64,000 bases of DNA from an uncultured Gemmatimonadales bacterium (GCA_963793305.1 CAWBZV010000003.1:480001-544000); one strand, 5' to 3'; shown: positions 22,456-32,647, numbered from the stretch's first letter. Made by a program: numbers and translations. The notes: generated by a model from the letters alone, not told the origin.

Positions 22456-23461
22456 TTCGCCGGCTCCGTGCCTCGAGTACCTGGCCGGAATCGACGCGGA
22501 TCACGTGGCGATTGGGGCCGCTATTGCTCGCGCGCCTCTCGATCCATTGCCCGTGTACGACGTGGCGGACTTGTGCCGAAGTCACGGACGTATTGATCTG
22601 TGGGAACGAGCGGTCAACTGGGCGACTGAGCTGCCCCACGATTCTCGCAAGCAGATCCACCGTCGTGGCGCCATGAAGCTCCTCAGAGAGGATTGGTCGG
22701 GTTGGCTCGACTTGGAATCGAGAATCTACGATCCCGCCGCTGGTTATCTCGATACGGAGTTTGTGCGCCACCTCCGATACGAGACGCTGTTCTGGAACGG
22801 CCGCGACGATCTTGCTGGGCGGACGATCCTCGTGATCGCGGACGGAAGCCTTGGCGACTGCCTGCAAATGTTGCGATATGTGCCATTGGTCGCGCGCCGA
22901 GCGGGGCGAGTGATCCTGAGCGTGAGGCCCGAGGCCGCCCGCTTTGTCCGTGAGGTCGTCGGATCGGCGGTGACTATGATGCTCCACGGGGCCAGTCCAG
23001 ACATTGCTTATGACTACTATGTATGGTTGATGTCATTGCCAGCCCTGCTCGACACGCTCCCGCCACCTCTGCCTGTGCCGTTCCATACAACCCCAATTTC
23101 CTGCACGTATGGAGTGTATTGGACGAGCGATCTGTCTTATGAAGGTGTGCGATGGCTCAACCTGCGTGAGCCGGCGGCACCACTGGTCACTCTTTTCGAG
23201 GCGGCGAAGGTGGTGACGACGCTCAGTGGGATCGTGACCATCGATACGACGGTGGCGCACCTCGCCGGAACGCTTGGTGTACCCACATGGTTGCTGCTGG
23301 AGACGCTTGCCGATGCCCGTTGGGGACTCGGCCAGACGACGCCCTGGTATCCTTGCATGCGAATAATCCGTCAGCAGACTCGAGGCGAGTGGACTTCCGT
23401 CATTGCCGAACTACGAGCATCGATAGACGCCAGCCTCGCTTCGCCTTCGCAGTGCGCGTAG
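22448..23461 (+). CDS. TPR/GT9-like glycosyltransferase paralog 4
   Basis: ADGSLGDCLQMLRY, IDTTVAHLAG, TPWYPCMRIIRQ; shorter C-domain. Confidence 0.75.
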   Translation: MADSPAPCLEYLAGIDADHVAIGAAIARAPLDPLPVYDVADLCRSHGRIDLWERAVNWATELPHDSRKQIHRRGAMKLLREDWSGWLDLESRIYDPAAGYLDTEFVRHLRYETLFWNGRDDLAGRTILVIADGSLGDCLQMLRYVPLVARRAGRVILSVRPEAARFVREVVGSAVTMMLHGASPDIAYDYYVWLMSLPALLDTLPPPLPVPFHTTPISCTYGVYWTSDLSYEGVRWLNLREPAAPLVTLFEAAKVVTTLSGIVTIDTTVAHLAGTLGVPTWLLLETLADARWGLGQTTPWYPCMRIIRQQTRGEWTSVIAELRASIDASLASPSQCA

Positions 23462-23523
23462 CGGCGCCCACTCGCCCATCGAGTCCCTGTTCCCGCACGG
23501 GCTAAGGCGATCGATTGCAGCCA

Positions 23524-24648
23524 ATGGCGTCCATAAGTCTGATCGCTGATCTCCTCAGAACCTGTGCCGATCGACTGCCGGCGGATAGCGAGCCGGATTT
23601 CGAGGAGGTGCGCTCCTCGATGGTCGCGAAATCCAACCTGCTGGCGCTCTATCGCCTCGCGGCGTTGTGTCGCAAACACGGTTATCTCGACCTGTGGCAT
23701 CTCGTCACCAGAAGTGCCCTCGCCATGCCGCATCACGCGTTCGAGCATCTGTACCATCGCGGCAACGCGAAGCTTCTGCTCGATGATTGGTCTGGTTGGG
23801 TCGATCGAGAAGTCCGAGTCCATGATCCCGCGGCTGGATACTTGGCATCCGAATACGTGCGCCAGATCCGCTACAAAACGATCGAATGGGATGGCCAAGA
23901 AATCATCGCAGACAAGACCATCTTGATTCTGGCTGACGGTGATTGTGGTGACTGCATTCAAATGCTCCGTTTCATACCACCACTGGTCGAGCGTTGCCGT
24001 GGTGTCATACTGAGCGTGCGGCCCGAGATGGCCTCATTGGTCAAGCATAACGTTGGCCATCTTGCCTCCATCACGTTCCATGGCATCGACTGCGGCCCTT
24101 TCGAGCGATATGCGTGGTTGATGTCACTGCCCGCTTTGTTCGGCTGTCTGCCGGTATTCACGCCAATGACAGCGCTCAGGCCCAGGACGAGGGCGACGAA
24201 TGCTCGTTACCCCGTCGACATTGGTGTGTGTTGGTCCGAGGGCGGTGATCGCTCAATCGCGCTCGATGAACTTGCGCCACTCTTCGGGCGTCGCGATTGG
24301 CGATGGCATAGCCTTCAACTGGCAGGCGCTGGTGAAGGCGATGGCGACTCCTTTCGCGGGTGTCCGGCGATTCGCCTGCGCACTCTCGCCGATGCCGCGA
24401 ACTACGTGATGGGACTGGACTGTGTCGTGAGTGTCGACGCGGCAGTCGCGCACCTCGCCGGCGCGCTGGGCCTGCCGACGTTGACATTGCTGCGCTCGTC
24501 GGCAGATGCGCGATGGGGGTTGAACGATACCACGCCGTGGTATCCGTCCATGCGGCTGATTCGTCAACGCGCCGCAGGGGATTGGCGAAGCGCCATCCAG
24601 GCACTGGGCGCCGGTATCGAGGCGATCGCGGTCGACCTCGCCGCCTAA
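23524..24648 (+). CDS. TPR/GT9-like glycosyltransferase paralog 5
   Basis: ADGDCGDCIQMLRF, VDAAVAHLAG, TPWYPSMRLIRQ. Confidence 0.8.
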   Translation: MASISLIADLLRTCADRLPADSEPDFEEVRSSMVAKSNLLALYRLAALCRKHGYLDLWHLVTRSALAMPHHAFEHLYHRGNAKLLLDDWSGWVDREVRVHDPAAGYLASEYVRQIRYKTIEWDGQEIIADKTILILADGDCGDCIQMLRFIPPLVERCRGVILSVRPEMASLVKHNVGHLASITFHGIDCGPFERYAWLMSLPALFGCLPVFTPMTALRPRTRATNARYPVDIGVCWSEGGDRSIALDELAPLFGRRDWRWHSLQLAGAGEGDGDSFRGCPAIRLRTLADAANYVMGLDCVVSVDAAVAHLAGALGLPTLTLLRSSADARWGLNDTTPWYPSMRLIRQRAAGDWRSAIQALGAGIEAIAVDLAA

Positions 24649-25787
24649 TGGGTATGCCATCCTCCGCTGGGGTCGTGGAATGGGTCGATGCATGCCGACA
24701 CACTTTCGCCGATCGCGCCGAGGCCTACCGAGTCGCGTTGTACGCGTCACTCGTGGATCCTCAGGGCGATACGCCAATACCTCTGTACCGCCTCGCGAAA
24801 GCCTGCCTGGATAGTGGAGAGTGGTTGCTGTGGCACCAGGGAGTCATGTTCGCGTTCACCCTTGAACACCGAACGGCTCAATCACTCTGCGAGCGAGCGC
24901 TCGCCAAGCTCAGGTTAGGCGACTGGTCCGCATGGCGCGACTATGAGGCTCATGCAAAAAGCCCCGCCTTCAGCGTCGCCCACGCAACGTGGCTTCGCTG
25001 GCGGTACCCGCTATGGGACGGTACCCAGGATATTCGGGATCAAACACTCCTCGTCCAACGGATGGGCGGCTATGGCAATGTGATCTGGTCGCTGCGGTTC
25101 ATTCCACCCATTGCAACACGCGTTCGCCGGCTCATCTGGGATACCAGTCCGGCGCTCATGGATTTTGTGCGATACAACATGAGCCATCTGGCCGCGGTGG
25201 AATCAGTCGATCGCGACCCGCCCGACTTGGACTTCGATTGGCATGTCTGGTGTATGTCGCTTCCGCACGTCAACGGCGGGATACCGCCGTTCGTTCCGCT
25301 CACGGCTCCAGATCCAATCCAATGGCCTCGCTCCCCTGAAAGGCGACTGCGAGTTGGTCTGTGCTGGGCATGCAGCGACGAGGCGCTCGATCAACTGGAG
25401 CGGTCCATTGCATTGAGTTTCTTGGCGCCGCTTTTTTGGCATCCGGGCGTGGAGTGGTACAACCTGCAGGTCGGATCGAGAGCGCACGATAGCGACTACT
25501 ATCCAGGCGTCAAGCAACCACCATTTCCGCTCCGCACATTTGTCGACACCGCGAATTTGCTGGTCGGGTTGGATTGCGTCATCTCGGTGGACACGGCTAT
25601 CTGTCATCTAGCGGGGAGTCTCGGCGTGCCAACGCTGACACTACTCCGCTGTACCGCTGATGCGAAGTGGGGGCATCTCGACACGACGCCTCTCTATCCC
25701 TCCATGCGCTTGATTCGTCAACGGACTCCGGGCGATTGGCTCGGGGTGGCCGAGACCGTGCGTGAGGAACTCAATGCCCGTCTCTGA
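24648..25787 (+). CDS. TPR/GT9-like glycosyltransferase paralog 6
   Basis: TAATG coupling; WDGTQDI, GGYGNVIWSLRF, VDTAICHLAG. Confidence 0.8.
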   Translation: MGMPSSAGVVEWVDACRHTFADRAEAYRVALYASLVDPQGDTPIPLYRLAKACLDSGEWLLWHQGVMFAFTLEHRTAQSLCERALAKLRLGDWSAWRDYEAHAKSPAFSVAHATWLRWRYPLWDGTQDIRDQTLLVQRMGGYGNVIWSLRFIPPIATRVRRLIWDTSPALMDFVRYNMSHLAAVESVDRDPPDLDFDWHVWCMSLPHVNGGIPPFVPLTAPDPIQWPRSPERRLRVGLCWACSDEALDQLERSIALSFLAPLFWHPGVEWYNLQVGSRAHDSDYYPGVKQPPFPLRTFVDTANLLVGLDCVISVDTAICHLAGSLGVPTLTLLRCTADAKWGHLDTTPLYPSMRLIRQRTPGDWLGVAETVREELNARL

Positions 25788-26697
25788 TCCGTACCGACTC
25801 TATCAAGTCGCCGAATCGCATCGAGAGTGCGGCGATGAGGAAAGTTGGAAAGAGATCGTGATGGACGCCTTTCAGCTCCCTCATCGGACCAAGCAACAAC
25901 TCTTCTATCGAGGCCAAGCGAAGATCGCGCTCGGTGATTGGTCTGGTTGGGTCGACCGCGAGGCGCGACTGTTCAACCCCGACGAACAATTGTGGCGTTG
26001 CTCGTACTGGCGCCAGGTACGGGCGAAGACGAAGGCTTGGGATGGCAAAGAGGATATCCGGGACAAGGCACTGTTCGTCATCGCCGATGGAGATGATGGC
26101 GATTGTCTGCAAATGCTCCGATTCATTCCGGATCTCACCGCGAAGGTCGACACGCTCATCCTCGGTGTCAGTCCTGCACTGCTGTCACTCGTGAAGCACT
26201 TTTTCGCCTCAAAGGTGACGGTGACGTTTCGAGAGGTCGATCACGGGCTGCCGTTCCAGCGGTATACATGGATCATGTCGTTACCAGCGCTCTGCGGCGC
26301 ACTTCCGCCGATCGTGCCATTCACCGCGCCCAGACCGCAATCGCCCCCTCGCCTGGCAGATGGGCGTTTTCACGTCGGCCTGTGGACAGCGCCAGAATCT
26401 GTTCCTCCTGCGACACTCGCCGGCATAACAAGCGCACTGGCACGTGACGACATCCAATGGCACGACCTGCGACTGGGCACCGGCGCCATCCGAACGTATG
26501 CTGATGCCGCGAACGTTATCGTGGGCCTGGACTACGTGGTGAGTATCGACTCGCCAATTGCCCATCTCGCGGGTTTGCTCGCGGTGCCGACGCTCGTGTT
26601 TCTCAGCTGCCGAGCTGATCTCCGGTGGGGATTGACCGAGACAACGCCATGGTATCCCTCGATGCACATCACCCGACACTTTGGAGACTCCGTATGA
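25774..26697 (+). CDS. TPR/GT9-like glycosyltransferase paralog 7
   Basis: WDGKEDI, ADGDDGDCLQMLRF, IDSPIAHLAG, TPWYPSMH. Confidence 0.75.
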   Translation: MPVSDPYRLYQVAESHRECGDEESWKEIVMDAFQLPHRTKQQLFYRGQAKIALGDWSGWVDREARLFNPDEQLWRCSYWRQVRAKTKAWDGKEDIRDKALFVIADGDDGDCLQMLRFIPDLTAKVDTLILGVSPALLSLVKHFFASKVTVTFREVDHGLPFQRYTWIMSLPALCGALPPIVPFTAPRPQSPPRLADGRFHVGLWTAPESVPPATLAGITSALARDDIQWHDLRLGTGAIRTYADAANVIVGLDYVVSIDSPIAHLAGLLAVPTLVFLSCRADLRWGLTETTPWYPSMHITRHFGDSV

Positions 26698-26822
26698 CAA
26701 CCGCGTATCGAAAGCCGACGATCCTCTGCCTTGGCGCCGCCGAGGTCTTGACTCGTGGAGGGTTCGGAAACAGGCCCGAACTCCGCACAGGTCCAACTAG
26801 CATCTCCCTGCTCGATCTCTGA
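26694..26822 (+). CDS. Lasso peptide precursor A0: MTTAYRKPTILCLGAAEVLTR|GGFGNRPELRTGPTSISLLDL
   Basis: GGAG RBS, ATGA overlap with the GT7 stop; Y-17/P-14/G-8/T-2 leader; core G1..E8; homologous to the 32.5-33.2 kb array. Confidence 0.88.
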   Translation: MTTAYRKPTILCLGAAEVLTRGGFGNRPELRTGPTSISLLDL

Positions 26823-26831
26823 GGCAGGTAC

Positions 26832-27992
26832 ATGCCATCGAGCGAACAGCTCCTCGATGAGTGTATTCGTCGGTTGAGTCCAAGCAATGCGGCGGCGCTA
26901 CTGCCACGGTTCCGATCGGCATTCGAGCGGTATCCCATCGCGCCGCCGCTCCTGTATAGCATCGCGACCCTGTGCCTGCAGTTCGGATACGAGGAGTTGT
27001 GGGAGCACTACGATCGTCTCGCCTTTGCCCTGCCTCACGCCACCAACGAGGATTTTTATTTTCGATCCGTGGCGAAGCTTCGTCGGAGCGACTGGTCCGG
27101 GTGGTTGGACCGAGAAGCCAGGCTCATCAGCCCGCATGAAGCGCCGATCTGGTACCCGCACTTCCTCGAAATGCAATGGACGACGCGCGCCTGGGACGGT
27201 GTAGAACCGATTCAGGATAAAACACTGTTGGCGATCGCCAATGGCGGGTTCGGCGACTGCTTGCAGATGATACGGTATATGCCGCGTCTGGCGGCAATAG
27301 CTGGTTCGCTCATCATCGCGGTGCGGCCGCAAATCCTCTCGTTGGTCGAGCACAATTTCGGGCGGATCGCCACGGTCGTGTCGACAGAGCGCTTACCATT
27401 GATACCCTTTCAGCGGTACGTGTGGATGATGTCCCTTCCCGCATTGATCGGATCCATACCGGCCTTCGACGCGCTCAGGACTCCCAGCGCGACTCCGGCC
27501 GCTCCGCGTGAGGGCCGGTTGCGAGTCGGTCTCAATTGGGCCGGCACTTCACATCATCCGAACGATCGCGACGACAACCTCCGCTCCATCACACTCGACG
27601 ACCTCTCACCGCTGCTGGAGCTCGAGTGGGTCACATGGTATAGCGTGCAAGTTGGGCGGTGGGCCTCCGACGCCGATCACAATGCCCGCATCGTGCAACC
27701 CTCGACGCCGATCCGAAGTTTTGAAGATTCCGCCAATCTCGTCGCTGCTCTAGACTGCGTCGTGACGATCGACACGGCGGTTGCGCATTTGGCCGGCAGC
27801 CTCAATGTACCAACGTTAGTACTCCTGACATGGCTGCCGGAATTTCGCTGGGGTCTCGTCAGCGAGCGTACGCCATGGTACCCAAGCCTTCTGTTGATCC
27901 GACAAACGTCGCCCGGCGACTGGCCTGGCGTGTTCGATCGAACCTTCCAGCATCTGCGGGCGCTTTATACCGGGGCAGCTGCTTCAGCGTAA
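26832..27992 (+). CDS. TPR/GT9-like glycosyltransferase paralog 8
   Basis: ANGGFGDCLQMIRY, RVGLNWAG, IDTAVAHLAG, TPWYPSLLLIRQ. Confidence 0.8.
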   Translation: MPSSEQLLDECIRRLSPSNAAALLPRFRSAFERYPIAPPLLYSIATLCLQFGYEELWEHYDRLAFALPHATNEDFYFRSVAKLRRSDWSGWLDREARLISPHEAPIWYPHFLEMQWTTRAWDGVEPIQDKTLLAIANGGFGDCLQMIRYMPRLAAIAGSLIIAVRPQILSLVEHNFGRIATVVSTERLPLIPFQRYVWMMSLPALIGSIPAFDALRTPSATPAAPREGRLRVGLNWAGTSHHPNDRDDNLRSITLDDLSPLLELEWVTWYSVQVGRWASDADHNARIVQPSTPIRSFEDSANLVAALDCVVTIDTAVAHLAGSLNVPTLVLLTWLPEFRWGLVSERTPWYPSLLLIRQTSPGDWPGVFDRTFQHLRALYTGAAASA

Positions 27993-29105
27993 GTCTCATC
28001 GAGCAGCGTATTCACCTGAGCGATCGAGCTCGACCAGTCGCCTGGTGCGCATTGCCGAATGAGCCGCATCGCGGGATACCACGGCGTGACGTCCCCTAGT
28101 CCCCACCGCCAGTGGGAATCGTATTGCAAGAGCAGCCATGTTGGAACGCCGAGATTCCCCGCCAGAATGACACACTGAGGTGTCCACGCTGACCACGTAG
28201 TCCAGTTCCGTGATCAGGTCCGCCGTGTCGCCGTAAGTGACGAGTGGCGGATCAGGATTGATCAATGCGGGGTAATCGTTGGCGTCCGCGACGCGATCGC
28301 CGACTTGGAGGCTGTACCATTCCACGTCATCTCGTGCGAGCAACGGCACCGTCTCGGCGATAGGCATTGACCGATCTGGATCCTGCGTGAAGTCGGGACT
28401 GCCGGCCCAGCAGACGCCGGCCCGGATGGGTCGCGTCCGTGGCGGCATTTTGGGACGCCGTCGTGGTGCGGCAAGCGCGGTGAAATCGGGAAGCCGGCCG
28501 AACGTACCTGGCAGCGACATGCTCCACACATACCGGTCGAACGGTATCGTGGGTTTGATCCCATCCAGCCATATTTTGGCGAGTGAGCCGAAGTTGAATC
28601 GAGCGAGAGGGGCCAATCGCGGATACACCATCATGAAGACGGCGCTGGCTATTTCGGTCAACGGCGGAATGAATCGCCACATCTGGAGGCAATCGCCGTA
28701 TCCCTGCTCCGGCAGCACCAGGATAGACTTGTCCGCGAGATCCTCCTTGCCGTCCCACATGCAATGCTTCCAGCAGATATCTCGATATTTGTCCAGATCT
28801 TCGATGGTGTCCGGCGCCCCCAGGCGCGCGCTGTACTCAGCCCATCCGTTCCACTCGCCGCGCTCGATCTTGGCCAGGGCGCGCGCGTAGGTCTGTTGTG
28901 GTGTCACGTGGGGTAGCGCCAGCGCGAGATCGACCTGGTGCTGCCAATCGGGATCGCCTCGCCGTCGAAGCGTGAACGCGAGGAGATAGCGCGGCATGGG
29001 GTTGGCCGGCTGCTGCTCGGCGACGGTTGTCAATTCTTCCGCCGTATAAATGGTGCGGGGGCAACGTCGGTGTGTCGGCACCGGTTCGGAGGTCGGCGCC
29101 GTCAT
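27965..29105 (-). CDS. TPR/GT9-like glycosyltransferase paralog 9 (frameshift at about 28167)
   Basis: Best-conserved EQGYGDCLQMWRF; GVCWAGSP; VDTSVCH then HWRWGL..TPWYPAMRLIRQ in the adjacent frame. Confidence 0.8.
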
Positions 29106-29449
29106 GGTTCGGCGTGACCAGAGGCGACGTTGGGCTCGGTTTCCAGCAATCCGTATTCGCTGAGCGCGGTGACGATCGTCAACACATCGCGTTGCACTTG
29201 CCCCGGCGCGACATCCACGGGCATGGCGTATTCGGCTTCGATCGTCGCGACGATTGATCGTATCGTCGCGCCGCCTTCCAGCAATTCCCAAATGCGGCTG
29301 CCAATGTCATTGAGCCGGTAATTTGCGTGAGTTTGAAGATTGTGAACCACGGTATCGGTATCACCTGGCGCGGCCACCGCATATGCGGAAACCGTGACAC
29401 CGCTGTTGATATCGAGTCGTGCGCGTGTCGTACCTTCAAGCTCGCTCAT
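29102..29449 (-). CDS. PqqD-family RRE coupled to GT paralog 9
   Basis: NYRLNDIGSRIWELLE...IVATIEAEY..DVLTIVTALSEYGLL; ATGA overlap with the GT gene. Confidence 0.8.
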   Translation of the reverse strand: MSELEGTTRARLDINSGVTVSAYAVAAPGDTDTVVHNLQTHANYRLNDIGSRIWELLEGGATIRSIVATIEAEYAMPVDVAPGQVQRDVLTIVTALSEYGLLETEPNVASGHAEP

Positions 29450-29787
29450 GGTCGCGTCCTCGATGCCCGGGTGTGCGAATTGGTGCTCGGCATTCACGCG
29501 ACAGATTCTAAGAGTCACGGGCGAGACGCCTGAACCCCGCCCACAGGCGAATCACTTCCGCCGCTGGCGGATTCGGTGATCGACGCATTGGCGTGTGCCC
29601 CACCTGCCCGGCATCGCAGTCATTTGCTGATTCCAGCACGTCAGTGTTACGCGACGACGTATCACACTGATGGCACGCGACATAGGCGCTGCATCCGCCG
29701 CATATCTCAGCAACCCGCCTTCCAAGCGCTGGGTCTCGTGTTCCAGGCCCCGTAGAGTGTTTCTGCGTACACACGCGGAGTCGCCCA

Positions 29788-30099
29788 GTGTTGTTCACCC
29801 AGCGACCCCAACCAGTGTCTCCGACGGACGCGCGGCGATATCGCGCGATCCCTGGAGTGCTGTCGGGGTGCTTTGAGGAAGAAACCTTCCTGTTGAGTCT
29901 CGCGACAGGTCGGTACTACAAGCTCGACAACGTCGGAACTGAGGTGTGGCAGCTGCTGCGCCAACCGAAGGCGTTTCCCGACATCGTGAGCGACTTGGGG
30001 CAGGTCTATGACATCGCTCCGTCGACGCTAGCGGCGGATGTCGCTGAGCTCATGAACCGCCTCCTTGGCTACAGGGTCATCGAGGTCATCAACTCATGA
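29788..30099 (+). CDS. Lasso peptide B1 protein (RRE, PqqD family)
   Basis: LLSLATGRYYKLDNVGTEVWQLL...YDI...LAADV; directly upstream of B2 and C. Confidence 0.9.
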   Translation: MLFTQRPQPVSPTDARRYRAIPGVLSGCFEEETFLLSLATGRYYKLDNVGTEVWQLLRQPKAFPDIVSDLGQVYDIAPSTLAADVAELMNRLLGYRVIEVINS

Positions 30100-30479
30100 C
30101 ACTACCGAGTGTGATGCACTGTTTCGGACGAATGCTGGCCATAAAAGTGTCGCTCAAAACTCGCGGCTTGGGCGCGACGCTCTCGCGGTACTGCCAATCG
30201 CCGACGGACGTTCGTCGCGACGACTCGATCAGCGATGACCTCGTCGACCAAGTGGCGTTTCAGGTCGCCGGCGCCGCCGCGCTGTTTCCGGGGCGCGCCC
30301 TCTGTCTCGAGCAAACGCTCGTACTGCATGGAGAGTTGCTGCGCATCGGTGTCGACTCTCGGATCCGGTTCGCTGTCACGCCGTATCCATTCAAAGCGCA
30401 CGCGTGGATCGAAGTGCGAGGTCGTCCGATCAATGAGAATCTGCATTGGCTCAGCCAGATGACACTTCTCGAGACTTAA
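30096..30479 (+). CDS. Lasso peptide B2 leader peptidase (transglutaminase-like)
   Basis: ALCLEQTL (catalytic Cys) and PFKAHAWIE (His) motifs. Confidence 0.9.
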   Translation: MTLPSVMHCFGRMLAIKVSLKTRGLGATLSRYCQSPTDVRRDDSISDDLVDQVAFQVAGAAALFPGRALCLEQTLVLHGELLRIGVDSRIRFAVTPYPFKAHAWIEVRGRPINENLHWLSQMTLLET

Positions 30480-30484
30480 TCACC

Positions 30485-32299
30485 GTGGATACCTTCGTCT
30501 GCCTGATGAATACGCGTGGCCACGGTGTCGTCCCCGAGTCACGTCGGCGGTACGGGCTCGATGACACCGGCTGGCAGTCAGCTGGACCATGCAGCATGTA
30601 TGTCTCAAATGATGGATACGGTCCCGTGGCATCGATCTATCGCGGATCGATTGGCATCGCCGCAGGCATCATCCGCCTCGACAACCGCGTCGAGATCCGG
30701 CGCCAACTTCGGGCAAGCGACGACCAGTCCGATATCGCGTTGGTCGCCGCCGTGCTGCATCGCCGAGGCGTCGACGGCGTGCAGGAGCTCGTGGGCGATT
30801 TTGCGCTGGCGTATTGGGACGTTGCGCGGTCGGAATTGATCATCGCGCGGGACTTCATCGGAGTTCGCCCGCTTTATCGCGTACAGGACGGTGATCTGTG
30901 GGGGTTCGCCTCCCACGCGGGCGTTCTTGGCCGGGGACGGGAGCTGTCGCTCGAATTCGTCGCGGACTACATCGCGTTCAATGTGTCGAGACAGCGCACA
31001 CCATATGCCGGCGTGTTTGCCGTCCCTGCCGGAACCGCCCAGGTGCTCAACGGTCGGCGGAGCACCGAGCATCGGTATTGGTCCGCCTATCGGTTCTCGA
31101 CCGATGATCGGATCGACAGCAACGAGGCGGTCGAAGCGTTCAGGCCTTTATTCACCGAAGCGATTCGGCTGCGTCTGACCGGAAAGCAGGACTGCTGGGC
31201 AGATCTCTCTGGTGGTCTCGATTCGTCATCGGTTGTCTCGATGAGTCAGTGGCTCGCGAAGCACGACGGCGCCGTGCACGGCTTGGCGGGAACCTTGACG
31301 TACGCAGACACGCTCGGCACTGGCGACGAGCGGCCGTACGCGAACGCGGTGATTCGCGATTGGCCTCTGCCGAATGAACAATTGATCGACTACGGATTGT
31401 GGCAGGACGACGGCGAGCCGCCCCTTGTCGCGGATATTCCGGACCAGTCGTCCGCGTCGTACGCTCGAGAGCGGCGAGTCTGTCGGATCGTTCGGTCAGC
31501 GGGCGGCCGCGTGCTATTCACCGGAGTGGGCCCCGATCAAATGCTCTTCGGCAACTATGTGTATTTCGCTGATTGGCTCGTGCGGGGGCGAATTCGCGAG
31601 GCGGCTCGGGGGATGTTTCGACTCGCCGCGCTGGGCAGAGGGTCATTCTGGAAATTCGCGTATGAGAACGCCATCAGGCCGTTCTTTGGATCGCCGGCGC
31701 TGAAACGTGAAGCGTGGCCGGCATGGGTTCGGCCCGAGTTCGCACGTCGATTCGCGATCCACGAACGCAATCCAATGGCGTGGACCCCTCGCGGCCGACC
31801 GGGCCGCTACTTTGCCACGGACCTTGCGGGCAACATCGACATCATCACACATGCGATGATCCGCGGCGTGGTCGGTGATATGCTCGACATCCGGAGTCCC
31901 TTCCTGCATCGCCCGCTGGTCGAGCTCTGTCTGCAACTCTCTCCGCAGGTGCTGGCGAGGCCGCGGGACCAGAAGTGGGTCCTCCGCCAAGCGATGCGAG
32001 GCATCACGCCGGAAGAGGTGCTGGAGAGAAGGACGAAGGGGTTCGTCGACGCGAGAATGCAACGATCGTTTGTCGATGAGCACGATCGACTGAATGTGTT
32101 GCTGGATCATTCGGTACTCGCCGAAATGGGTTGCATTGACGCGCGGCTCGCCAAACAATCATTGGCGAACGTGAAGAGCACGACCCTGGGCGAGAATGGG
32201 CGATTACGACATGCACTGACGCTTGAGACGTGGTTGACGGCGAGATCGGGCCGATGGATCGCACGTGATGTGGCACGGCCGGCGTCTGCGGTGGCATGA
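30485..32299 (+). CDS. Lasso cyclase (asparagine synthetase-like, C protein)
   Basis: GDFALAYWD, ARDFIGVRPLY, DLSGGLDSSSV, RSPFLHRPLVE, KWVLRQAM; no N-terminal catalytic Cys. Confidence 0.92.
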   Translation: MDTFVCLMNTRGHGVVPESRRRYGLDDTGWQSAGPCSMYVSNDGYGPVASIYRGSIGIAAGIIRLDNRVEIRRQLRASDDQSDIALVAAVLHRRGVDGVQELVGDFALAYWDVARSELIIARDFIGVRPLYRVQDGDLWGFASHAGVLGRGRELSLEFVADYIAFNVSRQRTPYAGVFAVPAGTAQVLNGRRSTEHRYWSAYRFSTDDRIDSNEAVEAFRPLFTEAIRLRLTGKQDCWADLSGGLDSSSVVSMSQWLAKHDGAVHGLAGTLTYADTLGTGDERPYANAVIRDWPLPNEQLIDYGLWQDDGEPPLVADIPDQSSASYARERRVCRIVRSAGGRVLFTGVGPDQMLFGNYVYFADWLVRGRIREAARGMFRLAALGRGSFWKFAYENAIRPFFGSPALKREAWPAWVRPEFARRFAIHERNPMAWTPRGRPGRYFATDLAGNIDIITHAMIRGVVGDMLDIRSPFLHRPLVELCLQLSPQVLARPRDQKWVLRQAMRGITPEEVLERRTKGFVDARMQRSFVDEHDRLNVLLDHSVLAEMGCIDARLAKQSLANVKSTTLGENGRLRHALTLETWLTARSGRWIARDVARPASAVA

Positions 32300-32488
32300 A
32301 CGTGGGTCACCATGGGTGCTCGGGTCGCAACAAAGAGTGGTGCGTAGTGCCGATAACCGGGACTGGTCACTAGGCTCATCCTAGGCAAAGTCCGTCGTGG
32401 CTCGCCGGTATCGCGTACGAGACCGCGGATGTGTTCTGATAAGCGCTCTTACAAAATCCGCTCGACGTTCGCTCAACAGGAGAAGACA

Positions 32489-32620
32489 ATGGCCAAGACC
32501 TATCGCACACCGAGTGTTGTGACACTTGGTAACGCCGAAGTTCTGACGACCGGCTCCCCGAAGGGGAACCACGCCGAGGTGAGGACTGGCTCGACCTCGA
32601 TCACCATGCTGGACCTCTAA
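32489..32620 (+). CDS. Lasso precursor A1: MAKTYRTPSVVTLGNAEVLTT|GSPKGNHAEVRTGSTSITMLDL
   Basis: AGGAG RBS; canonical leader; core G1..E9. Confidence 0.92.
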   Translation: MAKTYRTPSVVTLGNAEVLTTGSPKGNHAEVRTGSTSITMLDL

Positions 32621-32647
32621 CCACTTCTTGACTTAACGGAGACTACA

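Noticed and set aside
21307..29105. LPS core heptosyltransferase (waaC/waaF) operon
   Set aside because: The proteins have the TPR-fused architecture, no other LPS genes are nearby, and they are interleaved with RiPP genes.
3315..30099. PQQ biosynthesis (PqqD homologs)
   Set aside because: No pqqA/B/C/E or radical SAM gene is present; the context fits RREs.
30485..32299. Housekeeping asparagine synthetase
   Set aside because: It lacks the N-terminal catalytic Cys and is flanked by B1, B2 and lasso precursors.
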